Below, piece by piece: positions 23,604 through 32,000 of a stretch of DNA of 32,000 nt. The notes below the pieces were generated by a model. That model worked only from the letters and a program-made list of their open reading frames with translations, was not told where the DNA came from and did not search any database. Every line of letters starts with the position of its first letter. Position 1 is the stretch's first letter. This DNA comes from an uncultured bacterium. Lineage in GTDB: Bacteria; Margulisbacteria; WOR-1; CAVSGV01. Position numbers and translations under genes: made by a program. The stretch is taken from the NCBI GenBank assembly GCA_963699255.1, contig OY969425.1:1020001-1052000 (forward strand), given 5' to 3'.

Positions 23604-26003
23604 ATGAGCAAAGATAGATTTATCCGCCGGTTCGAAGAGTTGAGCGCAAAAGACGTTCCCGTTGTCGGAGGGAAGAACGCTAACCTCGGGGAAATGATAT
23701 CGACGCTCAAGGATAAAGGGATCCCCGTCCCGGATGGATTCGCAACGACCTCGGACGCCTATTGGAAATTCAGAGAATTCAACAATATCCCTGACAAAAT
23801 AAAGCCTCTGATCTCCGCGTTCAAGAAGAACCTGAAGATGCTGGAAAAAAGCGGGAAAGCGATACGCAAGCTGTTCCTGGATGCGGAGCTCCCGCCCGAA
23901 GTGAAAGACCAGATCGTCAAAGCCTACCGTGAATTATGCAAACGCTACAATTCGAAAAACGTTGATGTGGCGGTACGCAGCAGCGCGACGGCGGAGGACC
24001 TCCCGGAAGCAAGCTTTGCGGGACAGCAGGAAACATTCCTTAACATATCGGGAGAAAAAGAACTTATTGCCGCCTGCGTCAGGTGTTACGCTTCACTATT
24101 TACCGACAGGGCCATTTCTTACAGAGAAGAGAAGAAATTCAACCAGCTCAAAGTCGCGCTGTCGATCGGCGTACAAAAAATGGTCCGCTCGGACCTGGCG
24201 GGATCAGGGGTCATGTTCTCGCTGGATACGGACACAGGATTCAGGAAGGTCGTAATAATCAACGCTTCCTGGGGGCTCGGAGAGAACGTCGTGCAGGGAT
24301 ACGTCAATCCGGATGAATACATAATCTTTAAGCCGCTGCTGGGCAAACCGGGCCTGAAACCCATCATCGAAAAGAACCTCGGAGAAAAGGAACAGAAGAT
24401 GGTCTACTTGCCTGCCGGCAGGCACGGCGTGAAAAGCGGCGGAAAGAAAACAAAGAACATAGTCACAACACAAAAGGAAAGACTTTCTTTCGTGCTTAAC
24501 GATGATGAAATACTTCAGCTGGCAAAGTGGGCCGTTGTCATAGAAGATCATTACGGCCACCCGATGGACATGGAATGGGCAAAGGACGGCAGGACCGGCG
24601 ATCTTTATATAGTTCAGGCGAGAGCGGAAACTGTCGAATCGAGGAAAGAGGCTTCGATATTCAAGGAATACCGCCTGCTGGGAACGGGAAAGAAACTGGC
24701 GGAGGGTATGGCGGTAGGCGAAGCCATAGTTTCCGGAAAAGCTCAGGTCCTTATGGACGCAAAGGAGATCGATAAATTCGAAGACGGCTCCATCCTTGTG
24801 ACAATGATGACCGATCCCGACTGGGTCCCGATAATGAAGAAAGCAGCCGGCATAATAACCGACCACGGAGGAAGGACCTCCCACGCAGCCATTGTCAGCA
24901 GGGAACTGGGAATACCGGCCATTGTCGGCACCGGCAATGCCACCAGGATCCTGAAGCACGGCCAGGAAATAACGCTCTCATGCGAGGGTGAAAAAGGTTT
25001 TGTCTATGGCGGATATGTGAAATACGAAGCGATCGATCTCGATTTGAAAAACCTGCAGAAGACGAAGACACAGATCATGATGAACATCGGCGATCCCGCG
25101 GCCGGGTTCAGGTGGTGGAGGCTCCCCACGCAGGGGATTGGACTGGCAAGAATGGAATTCATTATCACTAATCACATCAAGATCCACCCGATGGCTCTTG
25201 TCAAATTCAACGAGCTGAAGGATGTAAAAGCTAAAAAACTGATACTTAAGCTTACCCGCGGTTTCAAGGATAAACCGGGCTATTTCGTTGATCGCCTCGC
25301 GAGGGGCATAGCAATGATAGCGGCTTCCCAATACCCTTATCCGGTCATAGTAAGGATGAGCGACTTCAAGACTAACGAATACGCAAACCTCATCGGCGGG
25401 GCGCAATTCGAATCCCACGAGGACAATCCGATGATAGGCTTCAGGGGGGCTTCCAGGTATTATGACGATAAATACAGGGAAGGGTTCGCCCTGGAATGCA
25501 GGGCCATCAAGATGGTCCGCGAGCAGATGGGTTTAACGAATGTCGTTGTCATGATACCTTTCTGCAGGACAGTTGAAGAAGCGGACAAGTGCCTGCTGGA
25601 AATGGAGAAGAATGGCCTTAAACGCCATGAGAACGGCCTGGAAGTGTATGTAATGGCGGAAATCCCTTCAAATATTATACTGGCCGACCAGTTCTCTCAG
25701 AGGTTCGACGGTTTCTCTATCGGCTCGAACGACCTGACACAGCTGACGCTGGGAATCGACAGGGATTCAGCGCAGCTCGCCAAGCTGTTCGACGAAAGGA
25801 ATGAAGCGATCAAAAGATCCATAAGCAGTTTGATCGAGACGGCTCACAAGAATAACGTAAAGGTCGGCATCTGCGGGCAGGCCCCTAGTGATTATCCGGA
25901 TTTTGCGAGGTTCCTTGTGGAAAAGGGTATTGATTCCATATCTCTTAATCCCGACAGCGTGATCGAGATCATCAAGACCGTTTCCGAAGCCGAAAAAAGA
26001 TAA
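23604..26003 (+). CDS. ppsA: phosphoenolpyruvate synthase (pyruvate, water dikinase)
   Basis: N-terminal VPVVGGKNANLGEM, phosphohistidine domain GGRTSHAAIVSRELGIPAIVG, and PEP-utilising C-terminal domain GSNDLTQLTLGIDRDS. Length ~800 aa. Confidence 0.95.
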   Translation: MSKDRFIRRFEELSAKDVPVVGGKNANLGEMISTLKDKGIPVPDGFATTSDAYWKFREFNNIPDKIKPLISAFKKNLKMLEKSGKAIRKLFLDAELPPEVKDQIVKAYRELCKRYNSKNVDVAVRSSATAEDLPEASFAGQQETFLNISGEKELIAACVRCYASLFTDRAISYREEKKFNQLKVALSIGVQKMVRSDLAGSGVMFSLDTDTGFRKVVIINASWGLGENVVQGYVNPDEYIIFKPLLGKPGLKPIIEKNLGEKEQKMVYLPAGRHGVKSGGKKTKNIVTTQKERLSFVLNDDEILQLAKWAVVIEDHYGHPMDMEWAKDGRTGDLYIVQARAETVESRKEASIFKEYRLLGTGKKLAEGMAVGEAIVSGKAQVLMDAKEIDKFEDGSILVTMMTDPDWVPIMKKAAGIITDHGGRTSHAAIVSRELGIPAIVGTGNATRILKHGQEITLSCEGEKGFVYGGYVKYEAIDLDLKNLQKTKTQIMMNIGDPAAGFRWWRLPTQGIGLARMEFIITNHIKIHPMALVKFNELKDVKAKKLILKLTRGFKDKPGYFVDRLARGIAMIAASQYPYPVIVRMSDFKTNEYANLIGGAQFESHEDNPMIGFRGASRYYDDKYREGFALECRAIKMVREQMGLTNVVVMIPFCRTVEEADKCLLEMEKNGLKRHENGLEVYVMAEIPSNIILADQFSQRFDGFSIGSNDLTQLTLGIDRDSAQLAKLFDERNEAIKRSISSLIETAHKNNVKVGICGQAPSDYPDFARFLVEKGIDSISLNPDSVIEIIKTVSEAEKR

Positions 26004-26092
26004 GCCGCGTTAAAATCTTCGTGCAAAATCTTGACATCTGTTCTATAATAGACAGGTTTTTCACAAAAATATTTTAGGAGGTTGGAAATAAA

Positions 26093-28786
26093 ATGGCAAA
26101 GGCAAAGAAAAAAGCATCGGGTAAAAAATATGTCTACTATTTCGGGGACGGGAAAGCTGAAGGGAACGGGCAAATGAAGGACCTGCTTGGAGGAAAAGGA
26201 GCAGGGCTGGCGGAAATGACGAACACGGGAGTGCCGGTCCCCTCAGGTTTTACCATAACCACGGAAGTCTGCAATATGTTCTTTAAGGTCGGGAGCAAAG
26301 TCCCGGCCGAGGTAACAAAACAACAGGCGCAATATACGGAGATGCTGGAAAAGTCCATGGGTGCCAAGCTCGGCGATCCGCGAAATCCTCTTCTCGTATC
26401 GGTAAGGTCCGGATCGAAATTCTCCATGCCTGGCATGATGGATACGATCCTCAACCTGGGACTGAATGATGAGACCGTCCACGGACTGATAACGAAAACA
26501 AAGAACGAGAGGTTCGCTTACGACTGCTACAGGCGCTTCATCCAGATGTTCGGCAACGTCGTTCTGGGTATGGAAAAGAACGAGTTCGAACACATACTTC
26601 AGCATAAAAAGGAAGAGATGGGCGTGATACTTGACACGGACCTCAGCGCGGATGACCTGAAAGACCTGATCTTAAGATATAAAAAGACGGTAAAAGAATC
26701 CACCGGCAAGGATTTCCCCCAGGATGCAAGGATCCAGCTCGATATGGCGCGGGACGCCGTATTTAAATCATGGATGAATCCCAGGGCCATAACCTACAGG
26801 AAGCTGAACGACATCCCGAATAACCTGGGCACCGCCGTGAACGTACAATCGATGGTATTCGGCAACATGGGAGACGATTCAGCCACCGGCGTAGGCTTCA
26901 CAAGGAACCCCTCGACCGGCGAGAACAAATTCTACGGAGAATATCTTACGAACGCGCAGGGCGAGGACGTCGTCGCGGGAATAAGAACCCCGCAGCCGAT
27001 AGCAAGGCTTGAGAAAGAAATGCCTGCGGTCTACAAACAACTCAGGGCGATCACTTTGAAGCTTGAAAAACACTACCGAGATATCCAGGATTTTGAATTC
27101 ACGATACAGAAGGGCAAGCTGTACATGCTTCAGACCAGGACCGGAAAGAGGACCGCTCCCGCGGCCGTGAGGATCGCCGTTGAGATGGTCCAAGATAATT
27201 TCATCACAAAAGAAGAGGCGATATTAAGGATAGACCCGGCTTCCCTCGACCAGCTTCTGCATCCGGTAATAGATCCGAAAGCGAAAGTTAAGGTCATAGT
27301 AAAAGGACTTCCGGCTTCTCCGGGCGCCGCCACGGGTATGGCGGTGTTCACCGCGGATGAGGCGGTAAAAAGAGCCGGCGAAAAGACCATACTTGTCCGC
27401 AACGAGACCTGCCCGGATGACATTCATGGTATGGATGCTGCGCAGGGTATCTTGACCGCGAGGGGCGGAATGACATCTCACGCCGCCGTCGTCGCGCGAG
27501 GCATGGGAAAATGCTGCGTGGCTGGCTGCGAGGAGATCAAGGTTGATGAAAAAGGCAAGAAGTTCTGTATAAAAGACGTTACGGTAAAAGATGGCGACTG
27601 GATCACGCTCAACGGCACTACAGGCGAGGTCATACTCGGCCAGGTACCTACCATTGAACCTTCCTTATCCGGGGAATTCGGCCAGCTGATGAAATGGGCT
27701 GATTCCTTCAGGAAGATCGGCGTTCGCGCGAACGCGGATATTCCGCATGATGCCCATGTCGCGAGAGGTTTTGGCGCGGAAGGGATCGGTCTCTGCCGCA
27801 CGGAACACATGTTCTTCGCGGAAGACAGGCTTCCTCACATGCAGGCGATGATAATGGCGAATACGGAACCCGACCGGCGCAAAGCGCTCGCAAAACTTTT
27901 GCCGATGCAAAAAAGCGATTTCATAGGCCTGTTCAAGGAAATGAAAGGTTATCCGGTCACGATAAGGCTGCTTGATCCTCCGCTCCATGAATTCCTGCCC
28001 AAGAGAGAAGAGCTGATGGTGGAAGTAGCGGTGCTGAAAGCAACAGGCGGCGATAAGGCGAAAATAGCAGAGAAGTCAAAGATCCTTGATAGAGTTGAAA
28101 GCTTGCACGAGCTGAACCCGATGCTGGGACTCAGAGGATGCAGGCTGGGCATTGCGTACCCCGAGATAACCGAGATGCAGGCCCAGGCGATCATCGAAGC
28201 AGCATGCGAGCTCAAAAAAGAGGGTTTGACCGTAGTTCCCGAGATCATGATCCCGCTGGTTGGACTTCTGAACGAACTCAAAAACCAGAAAACTATCATA
28301 AAAAGGATCGCGGAAGAAACAATAAAGAAGCACGGCTGCAAGATAGAATATAAGATCGGCACAATGATAGAACTTCCGAGGGCGGCCGTTATAGCCGATG
28401 AGATAGCGACCGAAGCGGAATTCTTCTCGTTCGGGACAAACGACCTGACGCAGACGACCTTTGGCTTCAGCCGCGACGATGTCGTAAAATTCCTTAACAG
28501 CTACATCGACAAAGGAATCCTTGAAAAAGATCCTTTCGCCACACTTGATCAGAACGGCGTCGGGAAACTGGTAAGGATGGGAGTGGCAGGCGGCAGATCG
28601 GTAAACAAAACATTGAAGATAGGTATCTGCGGTGAACACGGCGGAGACCCGGCATCAGTTGAATTCTGCCACAGGGAGCATCTTAATTATGTAAGCTGCT
28701 CGCCTTACAGGGTTCCGATAGCCCGTCTTGCGGCGGCCCATGCTGCGATAAAAGAGAAAGCCAGGACAGCCTATACGACCAAGTAA
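26093..28786 (+). CDS. ppdK: pyruvate, phosphate dikinase
   Basis: KYVYYFGDG...LLGGKGAGLAEM, GGMTSHAAVVARGMGKCCVAG, LCRTEHMFF and FSFGTNDLTQTTFGFSRDD. Length ~900 aa. AGGAGG at 26076-26081. Confidence 0.95.
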   Translation: MAKAKKKASGKKYVYYFGDGKAEGNGQMKDLLGGKGAGLAEMTNTGVPVPSGFTITTEVCNMFFKVGSKVPAEVTKQQAQYTEMLEKSMGAKLGDPRNPLLVSVRSGSKFSMPGMMDTILNLGLNDETVHGLITKTKNERFAYDCYRRFIQMFGNVVLGMEKNEFEHILQHKKEEMGVILDTDLSADDLKDLILRYKKTVKESTGKDFPQDARIQLDMARDAVFKSWMNPRAITYRKLNDIPNNLGTAVNVQSMVFGNMGDDSATGVGFTRNPSTGENKFYGEYLTNAQGEDVVAGIRTPQPIARLEKEMPAVYKQLRAITLKLEKHYRDIQDFEFTIQKGKLYMLQTRTGKRTAPAAVRIAVEMVQDNFITKEEAILRIDPASLDQLLHPVIDPKAKVKVIVKGLPASPGAATGMAVFTADEAVKRAGEKTILVRNETCPDDIHGMDAAQGILTARGGMTSHAAVVARGMGKCCVAGCEEIKVDEKGKKFCIKDVTVKDGDWITLNGTTGEVILGQVPTIEPSLSGEFGQLMKWADSFRKIGVRANADIPHDAHVARGFGAEGIGLCRTEHMFFAEDRLPHMQAMIMANTEPDRRKALAKLLPMQKSDFIGLFKEMKGYPVTIRLLDPPLHEFLPKREELMVEVAVLKATGGDKAKIAEKSKILDRVESLHELNPMLGLRGCRLGIAYPEITEMQAQAIIEAACELKKEGLTVVPEIMIPLVGLLNELKNQKTIIKRIAEETIKKHGCKIEYKIGTMIELPRAAVIADEIATEAEFFSFGTNDLTQTTFGFSRDDVVKFLNSYIDKGILEKDPFATLDQNGVGKLVRMGVAGGRSVNKTLKIGICGEHGGDPASVEFCHREHLNYVSCSPYRVPIARLAAAHAAIKEKARTAYTTK

Positions 28787-28787
28787 T

Positions 28788-28858
28788 CCCGACCAGAGTG
28801 TTGGGGTAAACCCCAACCAGGGTGTTGGGGTAAACGCCAACCAACGCATTGGAGTAAT
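28788..28858 (+). repeat. three tandem 23-24-nt hairpin-forming repeats immediately after the ppdK stop
   Basis: Units start at 28788 (CCCGACCAGAGTGTTGGGGTAAA), 28811 (CCCCAACCAGGGTGTTGGGGTAAA) and 28835 (CGCCAACCAACGCATTGGAGTAAT). Each is an internal CCCCAAC/GTTGGGG palindrome, progressively degenerate. Confidence 0.75.
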
Positions 28859-28950
28859 TCCTTTGGCGAATAAATAGGAATGCCCTGAAGTTTCATTGAC
28901 AGGTTTTTGGCTATACAACAGCAATAATTTAAGCTGCGAATAAGAAATAC

Positions 28951-28979
28951 TTGACAAGATTTCAAATCTCCGCTATAAT
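28951..28979 (+). promoter_or_regulatory. perfect-consensus sigma-70 promoter TTGACA-N17-TATAAT
   Basis: TTGACA at 28951-28956, a 17-nt spacer agatttcaaatctccgc, and TATAAT at 28974-28979. Lies upstream of the dgt-like, dnaG and rpoD genes. Confidence 0.7.
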
Positions 28980-28996
28980 TCCATCTTTGCGACTAA

Positions 28997-29018
28997 ACCC
29001 CAACCAATGTGTTGGGGT
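28997..29018 (+). repeat. fourth, dispersed copy of the CCCCAAC/GTTGGGG hairpin repeat in the predicted 5' UTR
   Basis: aCCCCAACcaatgtGTTGGGGt is near-identical to the unit at 28811. It lies ~10-30 nt downstream of the predicted TSS and before the preferred ATG at 29046. Confidence 0.75.
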
Positions 29019-29045
29019 AAAGATTGTTTTCTTCCGGGGGGCCTA

Positions 29046-30077
29046 ATGCTAATCCGCAAAGAAACAGAAGAAAGGGAAGACAAATTCCTTTCTCCTTACG
29101 CAGTAAGATCAAAGAACTCCAAGGGCAGGGACCGAAAAGAAAAAGAAGACGACATAAGGATGTGCTTTCAGCGCGACAGGGACAGGATCCTACACTCCAA
29201 AGCCTTCAGAAGATTAAAACATAAGACCCAGGTGTTCATTTCGCCCGTAGAGGACCATTACAGGACAAGGATGACCCACACTTTAGAGGTTTCTCAGATC
29301 GCCCGGACGATCGCGAGAGGCCTGTGCTTGAACGAGGACCTGACCGAAGCGATAGCACTGGGACATGACCTGGGACATACTCCGTTCGGACATGCCGGAG
29401 AAGATGTTTTGAACGATATCCTGAAGAACATCGACGTCGCGCCGAAAAGATGTTTTTTGCATAACGAACAGAGCGTAAGGGTCGTGGAAGTGCTGGAAAA
29501 AGGCGGCAAGGGGCTTAATCTTACCTGGGAAGTAAGGGACGGGATACTCCATCATCCGCAGAAAGACAAACAGCTGCCTGCGACTCTCGAAGGCCAGGTC
29601 GTGAGATACAGCGATCACATCGCTTATATCAGGCATGACATTGAAGACAGCATCCTGGCCGGTATAATAACCGGGAAAGACCTGCCCAAAAAACACACGG
29701 CAGTTCTCGGGAAGAACATCCTTGACACGATAATCCCTAACATCATCAAGAAAAGCAGGAATAAGAATAAGATACAGATGGACAAGAATATCGAAGATGC
29801 GATGAATGGTTTATATGATTTTCTTTATAATAGAGTTTATACAAGCTCCACGGCTAAGGGAGAAGAAAAAAAGATCCCTTATCTCCTGACCCAGCTTTTC
29901 AAGTATTACCACGATAACCCGGAAATGCTTCCATATTATAAGAGCGGCATGAAGGAAGTGGAGATCGTACAGAGCATAATTGACTTCATCGCCGGGATGA
30001 CCGACAGATACGCCACGAACAAGTTCACCGAGATCTTTGTGCCGAACGAATGGCACGTGAACATGGGAGCAAGATGA
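29046..30077 (+). CDS. dgt: dGTP triphosphohydrolase-like HD-domain protein
   Basis: RDRDRILHSKAFRRLKHKTQVF, DHYRTRMTHTLEV and LGHDLGHTPFGHAGE motifs. The track start at 29007 lies inside the repeat hairpin, so the ATG at 29046 (MLIRKETEE...) is preferred. Confidence 0.85.
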   Translation: MLIRKETEEREDKFLSPYAVRSKNSKGRDRKEKEDDIRMCFQRDRDRILHSKAFRRLKHKTQVFISPVEDHYRTRMTHTLEVSQIARTIARGLCLNEDLTEAIALGHDLGHTPFGHAGEDVLNDILKNIDVAPKRCFLHNEQSVRVVEVLEKGGKGLNLTWEVRDGILHHPQKDKQLPATLEGQVVRYSDHIAYIRHDIEDSILAGIITGKDLPKKHTAVLGKNILDTIIPNIIKKSRNKNKIQMDKNIEDAMNGLYDFLYNRVYTSSTAKGEEKKIPYLLTQLFKYYHDNPEMLPYYKSGMKEVEIVQSIIDFIAGMTDRYATNKFTEIFVPNEWHVNMGAR

Positions 30078-31855
30078 TATTAAGCTCAACTATCGATGAG
30101 ATAAGGAACAAAGCAGATATACTCCAGATCGTTGGAGAATATGTCCCTCTTAAGAAAAGAGGCAAGAATTACATCGGGCTCTGCCCTTTCCATTCGGAAA
30201 AAACCCCGTCCTTTACCGTAAGCCCGGACAAACAGATATTCCACTGCTTCGGCTGCAACGAGGGGGGTAACATCTTTTCCTTCCTAATGAAAATAGAGAA
30301 TATCAGCTTTGCCGAATCCGTGGAACTTTTAGGCGAACGAGTGGGTATAACGGTACAGAAAACAGGCGCGTCTCCCGCGCTGCAAAGCGAAAAAGAAAAA
30401 TACCTCGAAATAATGGAACTTGCGAAAAAGTTCTACAGGGAAGCCCTGGAAGGCCCTGAAGGTGAGCCCGCCAGGGAATATCTGAAAAAAAGAGGCCTCA
30501 CTGATGATTCCGTGAAGGCATTTGAACTTGGTTTTTCCCCGAATAAGTGGGATTCACTCCTGAATTTTCTTTTTAAGAGGGGCGTTGACCGCAAAGACAT
30601 GGAAAAGCTGGGGCTGATAATCGAGAGAGGGGACAAAAGCGGACACTACGACAGATTCAGAGGAAGATTGATGTTCCCGATATGCAATTTAAGAGGGCGC
30701 GTCACGGGTTTCGGGGGCAGGATAATACCCACGGGCACGTCGACCAGCGAAGAAGCAAAATACATAAATTCGCCGGACTCCCCTGTTTACAACAAGGGAT
30801 ATTCGCTTTACGGGTTAAGCGTGACAAAGGACGAGATAAAGAAAACAAGAACGGCAGTCCTGGTGGAAGGCAACGTTGATCTGGTCTCCTGCTGGCAGTT
30901 CGGGATCAAGAACGTGGTTTGTCCTTTAGGCACGGCACTTACGCAGAACCAGGCGAAAATAATACACAGGTTCGCGGATAATGTGATCCTCGCTTTTGAC
31001 AGGGACAGCGCCGGAAACGCCGCAACGGCAAGAAGCGTTGAAATATTGAAAGACGAGGGATTCAGCGTGAAAGTTTCCGGCTTCGAAGGCGGGAAAGACC
31101 CTGATGAAGCGCTTAAAGCCAAAGGGGCGGAGAGTTTCATCAGGTCCCTTAACGACTCAGCCCCATGGATGGAATACATGATCCTGAATACGCTTTCAAA
31201 ATATAACCTGAATGAAATTGAGAACCGGGCAAAGGCAGCCAGGGAGGTTGCCCTGATAATCGCTCAGGAGAAAGAAGAGCTGGTCCAGAAGGGATACATA
31301 AATCTTGCGGCGAGCAAGTTGGGTTTCAGCGCTGATGAAATATCATCCGAAGTCAAGAGGCGCGGGTTCTACGTGAAAAAAGGCGGATCAACATCTTTGA
31401 ACACAAGCGTTGAGAAACCTTCTTCAAAGGCCGAAAAAGCCGAAGAGTGCCTGATAAAACTCTCAGTGAACAACAAAGAAATAATGGATATGTTTAAACG
31501 ATCCATAAGCTGGCAGGAATTTACCGGCAAGAACACCAGGATAATCGCCGAGCTTCTTCAAGTCACGGACTTTGACCAGAAAGATATAACGCATTTCTTG
31601 CTGGAGACCCTGCCGGACGAAGATTCAAAGAAACTGTTCTCAAAGATAATGGTGGGCGATTACCCGGCGGAGAACCTGGAAAAGGTGGCCGGAGACTGCA
31701 TAAATACGATAAAATCCCTTGCTCTTAAAATGAAAATGGCCGGTCTTCGCGAGAAGATAATGGCAGCGGAAAAAGAAGGCAAACTTGAGAACGTTTCCAT
31801 GCTACATAAGGAATTTAACGGCCTGAACGAGACATACAGGTCCTTATCGGTTTAG
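30074..31855 (+). CDS. dnaG: DNA primase
   Basis: Zinc-ribbon CPFHSEKTPSFTVSPDKQIFHCFGCNEGGN and Toprim region VLVEGNVDLVS...AFDRDSAGNAA. The ATG at 30074 forms an ATGA overlap with the dgt stop and follows GGGAG. An alternative ATG lies at 30050. Confidence 0.95.
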   Translation: MILSSTIDEIRNKADILQIVGEYVPLKKRGKNYIGLCPFHSEKTPSFTVSPDKQIFHCFGCNEGGNIFSFLMKIENISFAESVELLGERVGITVQKTGASPALQSEKEKYLEIMELAKKFYREALEGPEGEPAREYLKKRGLTDDSVKAFELGFSPNKWDSLLNFLFKRGVDRKDMEKLGLIIERGDKSGHYDRFRGRLMFPICNLRGRVTGFGGRIIPTGTSTSEEAKYINSPDSPVYNKGYSLYGLSVTKDEIKKTRTAVLVEGNVDLVSCWQFGIKNVVCPLGTALTQNQAKIIHRFADNVILAFDRDSAGNAATARSVEILKDEGFSVKVSGFEGGKDPDEALKAKGAESFIRSLNDSAPWMEYMILNTLSKYNLNEIENRAKAAREVALIIAQEKEELVQKGYINLAASKLGFSADEISSEVKRRGFYVKKGGSTSLNTSVEKPSSKAEKAEECLIKLSVNNKEIMDMFKRSISWQEFTGKNTRIIAELLQVTDFDQKDITHFLLETLPDEDSKKLFSKIMVGDYPAENLEKVAGDCINTIKSLALKMKMAGLREKIMAAEKEGKLENVSMLHKEFNGLNETYRSLSV

Positions 31856-31882
31856 CATGAAGTAATATATATACTTCATGCT
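31854..31882 (+). terminator. AT-rich perfect hairpin after dnaG (weak terminator candidate)
   Basis: AGCATGAAGTA-atatata-TACTTCATGCT followed by only TTT. Confidence 0.35.
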
Positions 31883-31935
31883 TTAGTGAAATTTATTGCG
31901 ATTCTTCGCGATAATATGAACGAATGGAGGATTTA

Positions 31936-32000
31936 ATGAAAAAAGAAACGGATTATAAAAGTCTTAAAAATATCGGGGAGAAGAAAGGATATCTTACTCC
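31936..32000 (+). CDS. rpoD: 5' end of probable RNA polymerase sigma factor RpoD (truncated by window edge)
   Basis: GGAGG (31926-31930), a 5-nt spacer (attta, 31931-31935), then an ATG. Translation MKKETDYKSLKNIGEKKGYLT contains the G-K-K-G-Y-L-T motif typical of sigma-70 region 1.1. Position right after dnaG matches the conserved dnaG-rpoD order. Only 21 codons are visible. Confidence 0.55.
   Translation, partial: MKKETDYKSLKNIGEKKGYLT

Noticed and set aside
24204-24959. 251-aa minus-strand ORF inside ppsA, together with similar antisense ORFs at 24978-25418, 27949-28362 and 28076-28639 inside ppsA and ppdK.
   Set aside because: They lie opposite strongly supported dikinase genes and are shadow ORFs favoured by codon bias.
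26031-26049. TTGACA (26031-26036) plus TATAAT (26044-26049) as a promoter pair upstream of ppdK.
   Set aside because: The hexamers are only 7 nt apart, which is incompatible with sigma-70 spacing. TATAAT may still be a -10 box using the weak GTGCAA -35 located 17 nt upstream, but that was not called as a feature.
28655-28965. Two minus-strand ORFs (100 and 64 aa) with repetitive WLAFTPTPWLGFTPTLW sequence.
   Set aside because: The repetitive peptide is the translation of the tandem hairpin repeats, and the ORFs overlap the ppdK 3' end and a promoter region. They are not credible genes.
28788-29021. CRISPR-like appearance of the repeated palindromic units.
   Set aside because: Three units are directly abutting with no spacers and are degenerate. 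The fourth is 140 nt away across a promoter. No cas genes are present.

Overview
This is a 32-kb bacterial chromosomal window with dense, Shine-Dalgarno-driven operons. The lineage cannot be named from sequence alone, but it resembles an uncultivated or MAG-type genome. About three quarters of the window is recognisable housekeeping. On the minus strand: a LigB/Memo-like protein, AMMECR1, argC-argJ-argB, and an operon of a GlmU N-terminal-domain protein, a sensor histidine kinase and an NtrC-like regulator. On the plus strand: a phosphohexomutase, an RRM RNA-binding protein, yqeK, an LCP-family protein, rsfS, tRNA-Ala(GGC), an FAH-family hydrolase, a CsaA-like tRNA-binding protein, pgeF, tandem ppsA and ppdK, and a dgt-like gene followed by dnaG and the start of rpoD. 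The strongest candidate for something undescribed is at 68-8426 on the minus strand. It comprises an HExxH (ATLF/MtfA-like) metallopeptidase, a 390-nt regulatory gap holding four direct repeats phased at exactly 10 bp, and a tightly coupled operon of four large ORFs (326, 552, 333 and 1188 aa). These ORFs are charged, lack signal peptides and TM segments, and show no motif I can assign to any family. Several non-coding structures are also notable: (i) a tRNA-shaped, anticodon-less element with an encoded CCA, 28/30 identical to the tRNA-Ala 3' portion, about 130 nt downstream of that tRNA and preceded by three hairpins; (ii) a REP/BIME-like palindrome family (GGAACC...GGTTCC) present as inverted pairs at two loci, one flanked by a 17-bp duplication that split an AMMECR1/argC junction and one supplying the C-terminus of the FAH gene; (iii) tandem CCCCAAC/GTTGGGG hairpin repeats bracketing a perfect-consensus sigma-70 promoter; (iv) an intergenic ATTGGTCATT decamer family. 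All functional calls rest on motif recognition by eye. No searches or computations were run.
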